Below, one piece after another: positions 53,858 through 64,000 of a DNA stretch of 64,000 nucleotides. Both the position numbers and the translations under genes were made by a program. The notes under the pieces are model-generated. The model did no database searches, was not told the DNA's origin, and saw only the letters and a program-made list of their open reading frames with translations. Within the stretch, counting starts at the first letter, position 1. The number at the start of each line of letters is the position of its first letter. Location: positions 552,627 through 616,626 of the forward strand of contig NMRA01000133.1 in NCBI GenBank assembly GCA_002633005.1, written 5' to 3'. The stretch is from Phoronis australis (lineage: Eukaryota; Animalia; Phoronida).

Positions 53858-54927
53858 GAATTGTTCTAAAACCCCTCGACTCACAACCCCCACGATCCAC
53901 AACCCCCACGACCCACAACCCCCACGACCCACAACCTGTGGTAATAGATGCATCTGCGCTTTTTACACATTTCATAATCGTATTACATCTGGGAGTGACT
54001 ATTTCATAGGACTTACCTACACGAGAATCTGATCTAGCTGACGTCTGGTGGTTAAAACAGAAAGTGGCGTAAGAACATGATCTGATATAACCGATTGTGA
54101 GCGTGCTATTGTTGCCATGGAAATAGTTCCACGAGTAGCTACAAATGGCCTTGTTCTACTAAACTTAAGGAGATAGTACGTTAACGTGAAATGCACATAA
54201 TTTCACAACATTTTTATCATGCGCGCACCCAGCCTTCAATATGGGGGGCTCGAATCCCTAACGTTGTGGACCTTTTGGTAACAAAATAGCCGGAGGACTA
54301 AAAGAAAAAAAAAAAACAAAAACAAAAAAACGGACACACCACTGTGAATTGCGCGTTTGTGCTTGTTTAGTGTAGACTTTTTGTTTCTCACAGGTGGACC
54401 TTTTTGCCCACTTCGCCAAATGGGGGCTCGTTCAAGACCCCCGAGCCCCCACCCTGGGTGCGCGCATGTTTATTATTTGTTTTCTGTTGTATGCTCGTTT
54501 ACAATATACTACATGAAACGTTGAGATACTTTTTAGTTAACAGTTTGTTTTTCAAAATGTATTTACTGAAGAAATTACAATGTCGTGGGTTCCTCACACT
54601 CTCCCAAAAAACTTGAATCTGCCATAAACTGAAGAGCAGACGATACGATTACACTCTGCGGGGAACGACATTTGTAACGTTGGTAGGTCTTTGATTTGAT
54701 TTGGTCGCGTTTTTTCTGCTTTTGGCTTTCAAACTTGCCAAATCGACTTTCTTAATTGCAAAAAAACAGAGAAAAGCCAGCCGAGCTCACGGCCAGACTG
54801 GATGGTCCTGTTAGTCAGCGCTTGTTCTATGTTTAGATCCAATCGAGCTTGTTTAAACTGGGTCGAGGAGGTCGTGGGTCGAGGGGGTCGTCAGTGGAGT
54901 GCGGGTCGAGGTTTTTTTTAACAATCC
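53858..54927. mobile_element. MULE-like non-autonomous element nested in the Academ relic, 9-bp TSD GGATTTAAC
   Basis: GGATTTAAC at 53849-53857 and 54928-54936; ends GAATTGTT..AAAACC / GGTTTTTTTTAACAATCC with inverted cacgaccc sub-repeats. Confidence 0.75.
54218..54468. mobile_element. hAT-like MITE nested in the MULE-like element, 5-bp TSD TTTAT
   Basis: Perfect 15-bp TIR CATGCGCGCACCCAG; TTTAT at 54213-54217 and 54469-54473. Confidence 0.8.
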
Positions 54928-56197
54928 GGATTTAACAAGGAGCGTGAATCTGGGACAGTTCTGGGCTTGATACTGGGAAACCTACAACAAAAAGATATAC
55001 CTCACACGCTTGTGGAGAAATGAAATGAAAATTTAAATAAAAAGATGTCACTCAATACGTTAATTCATATTAACTCAGCTATCATTACCATTTCTTGTGA
55101 CGATGGCTGCCATCCTTGGTTTCAGTTTTGCTGCAGAAAATGCACTCACGTGGGAAAACGAGCACGATGGTGCACGATATTGATAGTTTATGGAACGAAT
55201 GGTGCGCTTGGGAGCTTCGTGCCTCTGAGCCTTCACTGTCCCCCAAGCGGTGAAATTTGGCAGTGAAATCTTAATAGCTTTGTCTGTGATAACCCATTTT
55301 CCAATTCACATGGAAGAACAGAAGGAATCTGTTTACACACGGACTGCATACAATGAGGAGGATCACATAGCTGTTGGAGACGTTTGTCCCGAATTTCATG
55401 AAGCTGCTGCAGTTTTTCGCTTGCTGTTCCTCTGGCATTGCTTAAGATTGAAAAGTCGGCATGTTCATTTATAGAGTCTAAATGGAGAACGGGCATGGGT
55501 AGAGAGTGTTCTTTGATGTCAGTAGATAAGCTTCGACCTCATTGTTTTCTTATAGGGATGATTTTTGCATTTTCTTGGATAGCTGCCTTAATTTATAATG
55601 CAGTCCCCGGCATTGGATTCGCACTGATTGACATACATGTCAACAGCCCATTGGTATATTTTGATGTTAGTTTGTATTCAAGGTGTGTTTTACTTCTAAA
55701 GCTTTGGACTGCAATGTTACAGTTTGTTTTCATGGATGGGTCAACATCAGTCCTGAATTTGGATACAAATAGAAGATTTTCATGCCTCACAGTACTTCTG
55801 CTCCATGTGTTGAGTGTTTTATACCTGTACCATGTATGAAATAGCTTGCATCACTTACTTGTAGTTCTAATGTAATGTTTGACCCACCAAATATATGTCC
55901 AGACACTTGGTTCTTTCAGTTATATGAAATAGTTGGCGACATATTGCGAAGTAACGCAAAATCGGTAATGGCGGCACTAATTTGCATAAAAAACATACGT
56001 GGGACATTTTTTAGGCTTCTTAACATCATTTTTCCGTTTCCACACATATTTTCCTTTATAAAAATTCAACTTAGAAGTTGAAGTCTGGGGGGTGCACGGG
56101 GGGGGGGAGGCAATTTTCGACTAGACTAATTCCACTGCTCAGTTCGCAGACACAAGACACTGGCGAGTATGGTAGTGTGATCACGTGCTTCACTTGC

Positions 56198-57010
56198 AAC
56201 GCACGACGATATCCCGCGAAGACTAGTGTGATTTCTCTTCTTTCCGGTGGCCCAAGACTGACACTGAAAAAATAACAATACGAAAAAAATCACTTTTCTC
56301 CGCGGAGAAAACCTTTCCATCGCGGAAAAAATCTTTTCGTCGTAGAAAAAACCTTTTCTCCGCGGAGAAAACCATTTCGCTTAGGAGAAAACCTTCCGCC
56401 GCAGAAAAAATTCTCTGTAGAAAGGTTTTCTCTAGCTCTTTTCCGCGGACAAAAGGTTTTCTCCAGGGTGGAAAAGTTTTCTCCGTGGCGGAAAGATTTT
56501 CTCCGCAGAGAAAATTTTTTTTCCGCGCAGAAAAATTTTCTCCGCAAAGAAAAGTGATGTTATTTTCGTAATGTTATTTTTTCAATGTCAGTATTNTAAC
56601 GCACGACGATATCCCGCGAAGACTAGTGTGATTTCTCTTCTTTACGGTGGCCCAAGACTGACACTGAAAAAATAACAATACGAAAAAAATCACTTTTCTC
56701 CGCGGAGAAAACCTTTCCATCGCGGAAAAAATCTTTTCGTCGTAGAAAAAACCTTTTCTACGCGGAGAAAACCATTTCGCTTAGGAGAAAACCTTCCGCC
56801 GCAGAAAAAATTCTCTGTAGAAAGGTTTTCTCTAGCTCTTTTCCGCGGACAAAAGGTTTTCTCCAGGGTGGAAAAGTTTTCTCCGTGGCGGAAAGATTTT
56901 CTCCGCAGAGAAAATTTTTTTTCCGCGCAGAAAAATTTTCTCCGCAAAGAAAAGTGATGTTATTTTCGTAATGTTATTTTTTCAATGTCAGTATTCATTG
57001 GACCACCGTA
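56198..57010. repeat. 400-bp direct duplication of a foldback MITE (TACGGTGG...CCACCGTA), joined at a single N (56596)
   Basis: 56198-56595 and 56598-56995 are almost identical; internal tttctccgcggagaaa palindromes; only the second copy has the full right TIR. Confidence 0.85.
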
Positions 57011-57266
57011 CTTTTTTCATAACAAACTTGCTCTACAAAATACATTTCCTTGCACTCATGCGGCTGGGCTTCCGTAACTAAGGAGTTGGCGACAAACACA
57101 AAGTGTAACTGACCAGCTTTTTTCAAGGTTCATAACTATCAACGATCAGCAACAGCATAGAAAGCCATGTTACCCATGGAAACATGTCGACAATTAAACT
57201 CTTGTACTTCTTAAAATATCAGGATCGAGTTAATTGTTAAGGAACACAAAGTTTTTGTTTACTTAC

Positions 57267-60015
57267 CACCAGCAATGTGAATTGTTAATTCGTCACCTAC
57301 TTCCCCTATAAACAAATTTAAAAACATTTGTTTTAGTGGAGAGGTTAAAGATAAAACATGCTGACAAAATAAAATATGGTATCCATCGCCATTACCATGA
57401 CAACTAGCCACCAGCTGAATTTTTTCAAAAAAATGCTGACTGAGCAATTCAAATATGGCATATTGTATTTTGTGTAGACTAATAAATCATAATTTTAGCC
57501 TTAAATTGTACATAATTAGCCAAAATGACTAATTAAGGAATTGAAATCAATCGTTGTCAGACACAAATTTTCGAATGATGTGGGCCAATCTACCGCACAA
57601 TTTCACAGAACTTGGCGCTTTCCTGAATGGGTAAATTCTCTTTGAGAACCCCATAACCTAACAAGTATAATTGTTAATCTATGCAATTTTCAAGGGAAGA
57701 GGAAACTATTGTCAGGTTGTTGTAATATCGGATATCATACCTGAACTCTAAAATTACCTGCTGGGCAAAGTGAGCTTGCAAGTAAAGCGATACCTGAACG
57801 TCACGTTGTTCAACAACCATAGAAACGAACGTCAATTGACTTGAAGATTTTACGAAAACGTAAGAAAATCGAAATGTTTTTAAGAAAAAAGATCGGAACA
57901 ACTGTTGAAATTTTGTCTAAAATAAATTATGCTCTTTAATTTTATTTTTTTATTCAAGCTTCATCATCATTCCAAACTTCGGTTTACCTAAAACTCCGCT
58001 TTTCAAACCTCGATCGTCCAGTTTATCCCTCCTCCGACTGAACTAACCCCCACGTAATATAAGGCAAAGTATTTTAAATATATTTAACTGAGAAAGTCAC
58101 CAGCCTTCAGGGACTCTGTGGCAGACAACTGCGAGGATAAGTGATTTGTAATGAAATCGCAAAAACACAACGAAGTTTTTGTTTTATTGGTCTGGCCAAA
58201 GCAAACCGCCTGTCCCATCCACCAATAATCCCCAAAATAGTTTTTGGGCGTAAAACCGACAATGTCACTAACAGGTGTTCGACCTCTAAGTAGGTCAAGC
58301 AGGTATGCACGGGCTCCGAGATTACGGTGCTTCACCTTTCAACCACTTTGGAACCATGGGTAAGAATTATAGCATGACTGTATTTGCATTAAATTTGTGT
58401 GGCCGTGAGATTTCAGCAGAGGCGAATAAAAATTGATTGTAAATATGCTCACAACTCCTTGCGCCTTCTTTAGAGCAATGCGTATTTGTGTCCATGGAAG
58501 GCACGCAATTACGCAAAAAAGTAATGTCGTGTATACGTACTTTGGTCGTTCCACGTGCAGGTGCTTTGGTATTTTGGGCAATAGAGGGCGTGGAATGTCT
58601 TCATCGTCTTCTCCCAGTCACATCCGCTGTCGGCTACGAGTACTTTGACAATCAATGATCCGCTCTCCATCGAGCATATTGTTTTCCCGTTCGAGATAAT
58701 CATATTTCTTTTGTCACTGTTGAGTTTGGTATTTGTAAAAAAAAAACGTTAACGTTTGTTCTTTCTGCTTAGTACATACGTTTACTGGACGATAGCCAAG
58801 CAGACTCTAAATGACGTCCAACAAAACAAGGGGTACGGGAAACAATATGTGGTTGACCGAAAGATTTGGAAGATTCTAAATGATATCAGCATGTGAGTGA
58901 ACAACAGGTGAAGTTAAATATCCGGGTGCAAAATGTCGCTGACTGCTTTACATTCATGCCAGGGATGCATTGCAGGCCGCGGTTCGCAATTCGCCATATT
59001 TCATTGGACGAACAACTTGCTTTATAACCAGCAATTGCTGAAGAAATAACAAACAATCAGAACTTCTCATAAGAATCAGTGCCGGGTTACATGAAACAAT
59101 CTCAAATAGGGACTCAACTAAGTTGCCTAAATCTTTTTCCTATTTGTGTCTTTCTTTACTCCCAGGTGTAATCTTTTTTATATCATTTTATCTTTATTAT
59201 GAGCTCCTCTTTAACTGATGACATTTTCTAATCACAAAACCATGATGTGAGTCCTGAATTCAGTAAAAATAAATAGGGACTTAGTCCTTACGTTAGAGGC
59301 GTTGCATGAAAAGATCCCTATATATTTTCGATAATACTAAGAATTAATGTCAAGTTCACTCTCAATTTGTATCAAAGCCAAAAGCTGACTTAGTAACGAA
59401 ACTATAACAGCATTGGAAAGGACAATCGGTGTTTTCACAAGTCCACAAATACGCAGTAGAGTTAAGGAACTTTGTTGACTCCCTATTTGGGACTGCTTCT
59501 TGCAACCGGGCACAGGCCCCTAACATTAACATTGCATGCTGCATATATCCAACAGACCATTTCTGAGATAAGGAACACAGTTGGTTTTCACCCCACTTTC
59601 CTTGGGGTCCTAGTATTAATCTGTGACGCACAGCGCGTGTTCATCTGAGGCTTGTTAGACTTCTTGATGGTTTTTCGCGTACAAGGCTATAGACCGTATG
59701 CAGTACGTTGGCGAGTTTGGCCCACGTTTCTGGTAAGTTTAGAAACCCGACAGTAAGAGGTCTATTTTACAGTAAGCATTACCGGTGGGCACTTTGTTTG
59801 CAGTACGATTGCATTCAATGAAGAAAATTCGTTCTGGAAAGTACTGCACTGTTTCGTCTCACAGGAAAGTTTCAAGAAGCAATTGGGGCTGACCACGTGG
59901 CACCGGTCACTCTTGTCACCACCCTGCTGAACCAGGAGGTAGTCAACCCCAGAAATCGCTTTCGCATTAGAAAGAGGTTCACATTCACTTCCTTGGCATG
60001 GATTCACTACCAAGA
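57267..60015 (-). CDS. Probable upstream exons of the mosaic extracellular protein gene
   Basis: 39-nt phase 1-1 micro-exon 57305-57267 (tttatag / GTAAGT; EVGDELTIHIAG). Cys-containing exon-like ORFs at 58716-58541 (ICSMESGSLIVKVLVADSGCD..YCPKYQSTC) and 60015-59783. The phase link between the last two is unresolved and no signal-peptide exon was found. Confidence 0.45.
59080..59512. mobile_element. Harbinger-like MITE, 3-bp TSD CAG
   Basis: CAG at 59077-59079 and 59513-59515; TIRs as in 46328-46762. Confidence 0.8.
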
Positions 60016-60052
60016 CTGAGCTTAGAATAGCAGGAGACGCTTGTGCATATTA

Positions 60053-60403
60053 AGACCCGTTTAGACATCAACTTATGGCCCAGCGCAACTGACACGGAAC
60101 AAATTGACCTGCCGTTTTACACACACAACTCACTAACTGTGGCAAAACGGAAATTGGTACGTAGGCTGGAGAGTGGAAAACACATTCGCAGGTTTACAAA
60201 TGACGGAAGTTGAAGGGTCAGAGAATCCGTATTTATGTCATTACACATGCGCAGTAGATATGACCTTTTCCGCCTTGCTTAGTTTCGCGTTTAGACTCAT
60301 AATTGACACGGAGTAAGCTGTTTTAGCGCAAATTGCTCTACCCCACAAACGGGTGGCAAAAGTTGTCATCGCGGTGTCAATTTGCTCCAGTTCAAACGGG
60401 ACT
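60053..60403. mobile_element. Possible Harbinger-like MITE
   Basis: Imperfect inverted ends agacccgtttagac / gttcaaacgggact; TSD not preserved. Confidence 0.45.
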
Positions 60404-62060
60404 GTTGTCTGCCATTGTCACTCATGATGTGAATCCACAGCACAGAATTTCTCAGTGCCTGTCTCGCTGCTAGAAAAATTTTATTTAAACGCGTAATCTC
60501 TCGAAGTCTTGCTTTTTAACGAGGTCCTAGAGAGGTCCTAGTGTTATTGACCAGTACCATGGTCTTTCAAATGGAAGCCCGTAACTCACACCACCGACAC
60601 ACTGTCTCCTCTTTGCAGCGGGTAGCACAGAGTAATTTGTTTGACTAAAAATGTCACGATACAGTATGTAAGACGTACGTTTTTAAAAGGAAAACTCAAC
60701 TTTTTCTGATATTACGTTAAGTAAACCGCCGGTGAATAGAAATTCCCATAACCTCTCTGGGATATCGCTAAAAAGCAAGATTTCGCGAGATTGCGCGACA
60801 AATTGCCGTGATTTTGGCTAGATTTTTTCCTACTGAGAGACAGATATTGAACTCTACCCTCGTAACTTGGGAATACATTTCCCGCGTTAATTACTGTTGC
60901 TCTGGCGCGTGCTAACTAGACGCGTACTAACAAGACGCTACTAATTAGACGCGTACTATCTAGACAAGAGGGTTTAACGTGAACTGTCGAAATCAAAAAA
61001 ACCCCAGTACAGAGTTCAGGCCGCCTCAGGCCGAACAATTTTGTTTCTAATCCTAAATGAGTANGGGGTGGTGGACAGAAAAGTAACAGGTCCGATAACC
61101 ACATTTTACACTTACCCGTTGCAAGAACTGACTACGGGCATGTGATAGAGTCTATTGCTGTAATGCGCTTGCAAAGGACTCCACCATACTGACTTTGCGC
61201 TTATGGAGCTTCGCAACGGTAATTACGGTAAGGGTAAACTCGCTGCGTTTGTTGTGACACTTGGGGCAAAGAAAAGTCATGCCAGTACGAAACACGTCCA
61301 TGTTCCTGTATCAGTCTACTTTTCTTTCCTCGAACAGATTTGTAGAGAGATTTGTAGAGAGATGTGGAAAACGAATTTGGATGCGTACGAGAAATATTGC
61401 ATGCGCTGTTCCAGTTGATCACGTGCAAAATGCATTGATGGGATGTATTTACCTGATTAATTGAAAGTGATAATCATTCACAGTGTCAAGCAGGTATCTG
61501 GAAGGCCAAGCTCCTTTCAGGTGTTTTTTACTGAACCAGCTGCCTATGGTAGTCGTTACAAGATCGCCAAAGACGAGGACAAAAACTGGTTTACCTCTTC
61601 TCCAAATAGTAACTTTTGCCTGAATAAAAAGATTAATTTCTATGTCATTGCAACTTTTGTGAATTACAAGTAAATAAAATAGATGCTGGAATGCCGTAAC
61701 GTTACCTATTGTGTAGCACCATGCGGTCAACTGTGCTATTTTATTTATATCCATATATCGCTCGAAACGTGGGGAATATTTTAGTATATTTCAGTACCGA
61801 CGCTCGTCCTTTAACTTTTACTACTTTATATGGATGTATAAGAGCAGTGATTAATGTTATCGATGTGGTGCCCGCACTTTCTTTTTATTTGGTTTTACTA
61901 GCGCACTCCTCGTTCGTGACCTAAGATCCTTTTCATGAAAAATGACTTAACGCTTTTAAGCTTAAAAGTATTAAAAGTATTGACACCGAAAATTAAGACC
62001 GAGAACGAAACTTCGAAAAAGACCGTTCCACGAACACAAAGTCTCTTTTCTCGTTATTGA

Positions 62061-62318
62061 TCCTCACTTAGACCGATATTGGTCCTCACTTGGACCGATA
62101 TTTGTCCTCAGACCGATATTGGTCCTCACTTAGACCGATATTGGTCCTCACTTAGACCGATATTGGTCCTCACTTAGACCGATATTGGTCCTCACTTAGA
62201 CCGATATTGGTTCTCACTTAGACCGATATTGGTCCTTACTGAGACCGATATTGGTCCTCACTTAGACCGATATTGGTCCTCAATTAGACCGATATTGGTC
62301 TTCACTTAGACCTATATT
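62061..62318. repeat. 22-bp minisatellite (cacttagaccgatattggtcct), about 11-12 units
   Basis: Head-to-tail units with no spacers. Confidence 0.95.
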
Positions 62319-63869
62319 AAGACAGTTAATATAACAATTGGGTACACTAACTACGCTTTCGCTACCAGTTAGACTAGAAAAGCTAAGCGAGGAATGTGTG
62401 AAAGCCAGTTTAAGAGTACTTGGGATCTAAAATCTCTCAGTGGGTATTTATGACCGGCATGTGTCCCGACGATAAATAAACGTGTGCCACAAGCTAATTT
62501 CCAGATATGAAAGGGAAACCTGGGATTGTCGAGAGGTCATTAATTGTGACAAAATAGTGGTGCATGTACCAAGATAAAAGATAATATTAGATAAAAATTA
62601 TGGTCTCAACAAAGCGGAAACAGAGGGACGAGAATCTACCTGTAGTGTAGGGAGGTAGTGGGTGAGAAAAACTGAGGCGAGATTGCCGCAAACGTCTTTG
62701 ATGCTGTCACAAACACGTGGTTATGAAAATTTGTGAGTTCAGTACAAAGCAATGGAATTCCTAAGGTCGCGTGACAATCATCAGCCACTAGGAGACGTGA
62801 GCGGATCTAACTCTCAGCACGTAGCAGCAGAAGGCCAATTAAAAGGCTTGAAATAGACTCCCTTGGCCAGGGGAGAGGTATTTATTTCCAACAATGGGGA
62901 ACCATAAGTACGAGTGAAATACCGTTTACTTGAGAAGGGCTGGTATATCTGAAAAATAGCACTTCAGCGTTGCAGCTACGTCGTCATTGGTTGTTTCTAC
63001 CATGCTTGGTTAGCTCCGAATCAAAAGCAGACGATCTTCAACTGACTTTGCTTGATTGTAAAACAAAATGAAAAATATAACGAAATTTGTTCTTAAACAG
63101 CGACATATCACATAAACCTAAACGTGGATCTCAGACCTACTCCATAGCGGGGTAATATAACTGCAAGTCTTAGCTAAGGCGATTTCGGGCTTAAGCAGGC
63201 GTGCGTTCAGTAGTCGCTAGGACCTACGCTAGGACCTAGCCAAAAGCTAGTCAAGGTCACGTGCTCTAATTTAAAATACACTGAAATATCTCGCGTAATC
63301 TCGCAAAGTCTTGCTTTTAAGCTAGGTTCTAGCGTTACTGAACGGGAGGCTGGTTTTTGCTGTGGCAGCTTAGTCTTAATGTGGTCACTGGAGAGACGCA
63401 TTATTGGTATTAGTTTTGGGTGGAACATACCTCTTGAAGTAATTAGCTCTAACTAGATCCATAAAACAACAAAATCTAACAACACTTTTCTCACCGATTA
63501 TGTCGCCTTAAGTTATTGCACCAAGACAAGACCAATTCCTTGACGCTTTGGTCCTCACAACAACTGACCTCTGAACGATCTGCGCAGTGCGCATGCTTCA
63601 CAGACCAGAGATCTACGTGAAACTGCATGCTCAAACTGAGAAGCGACACCTTTTCTTTAGAATCACTGCTCCCTCACATCCAAACGAACTCGATAGTTCA
63701 CATTTAATTACAATCTGTCATATTGCAAGCGACATAATTATAAAATTCGAATTTGCATACATCGGCGGTTTTCAGATGACAAATGGTGGGTCTTTTAAAA
63801 CAGCTCGGGAAACAGATTTCACCCACTTCAAGGTAAATGTATAACTGGTCAAGAAAGAGGTGAGTGACC

Positions 63870-64000
63870 GATTGCATGAAATAGTCCCAAACAGGGACTC
63901 TCCTAAGTTCGCGAAGTCTACTACGTATTTGTGAGCTTGTGAAAACACTGATTGTCCTTCCTGGTGCTGTTTGAGTCTCATTACTAAGTCAATTTTTGGC
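63870..64000. mobile_element. Partial copy of the Harbinger-like MITE family, cut by the window end
   Basis: ttgcatgaaatagtcccaaacagggactc..tgtgaaaacactg matches 46335-46450. Confidence 0.7.

Larger units (their letters stand above)
51893..56128 (-). mobile_element. AcademX-like DNA transposon relic (4.2 kb), 3-bp TSD ATT
   Basis: TAG...CTA termini (TAGTTGAGTCGAA / TTCGACTAGACTA), imperfect TIRs of about 170 bp or more, ATT at 51890-51892 and 56129-56131, decayed XPG-like ORF inside. Confidence 0.8.

Noticed and set aside
56290-56947. Twin 85-aa Arg/Lys/Phe-rich ORFs
   Set aside because: Translations of the palindromic MITE interior and its probable artefactual duplicate.
62061-62318. CRISPR-like repeat array
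   Set aside because: The 22-bp units are head-to-tail with no unique spacers, there are no cas genes, and the context is eukaryotic.

Overview
Eukaryotic, intron-rich, AT-rich genomic DNA, most likely from an invertebrate animal, in a draft assembly (N-gaps at 4225-4454 and 41319-41488). It has no prokaryotic operons, rRNA or CRISPR array. Three spliced genes were reconstructed by hand from GT-AG sites and exon phases. (1) SAP130 (Sin3/HDAC complex subunit), minus strand, about 16 coding exons, 25542->7555. (2) A three-exon plus-strand type II membrane SGNH/PC-esterase-like gene (30113-33613) with a Cys-rich hevein-like module and a His->Leu change at the putative catalytic DxxH motif. (3) A minus-strand mosaic extracellular protein (F5/8C discoidin - SUEL-like lectin - kringle - TSP1 - Ser/Thr stalk), 51741->41606, with probable upstream exons to about 60015 and an unresolved 3' end. 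The rest is mostly transposable elements whose ends and target-site duplications (TSDs) are readable. These include an AcademX-like relic holding a MULE-like element holding a MITE, a 1000-bp TTAA-flanked Kolobok-like element with a decayed Cys-rich accessory gene, hAT-like elements with 5-bp and 6-bp TSDs, Harbinger-like MITEs, a tRNA-derived SINE, and L1/Tx1, Penelope and pogo fragments. Minisatellites and two likely assembly duplications are also present. All family assignments are motif recognition from memory; no database search was run.
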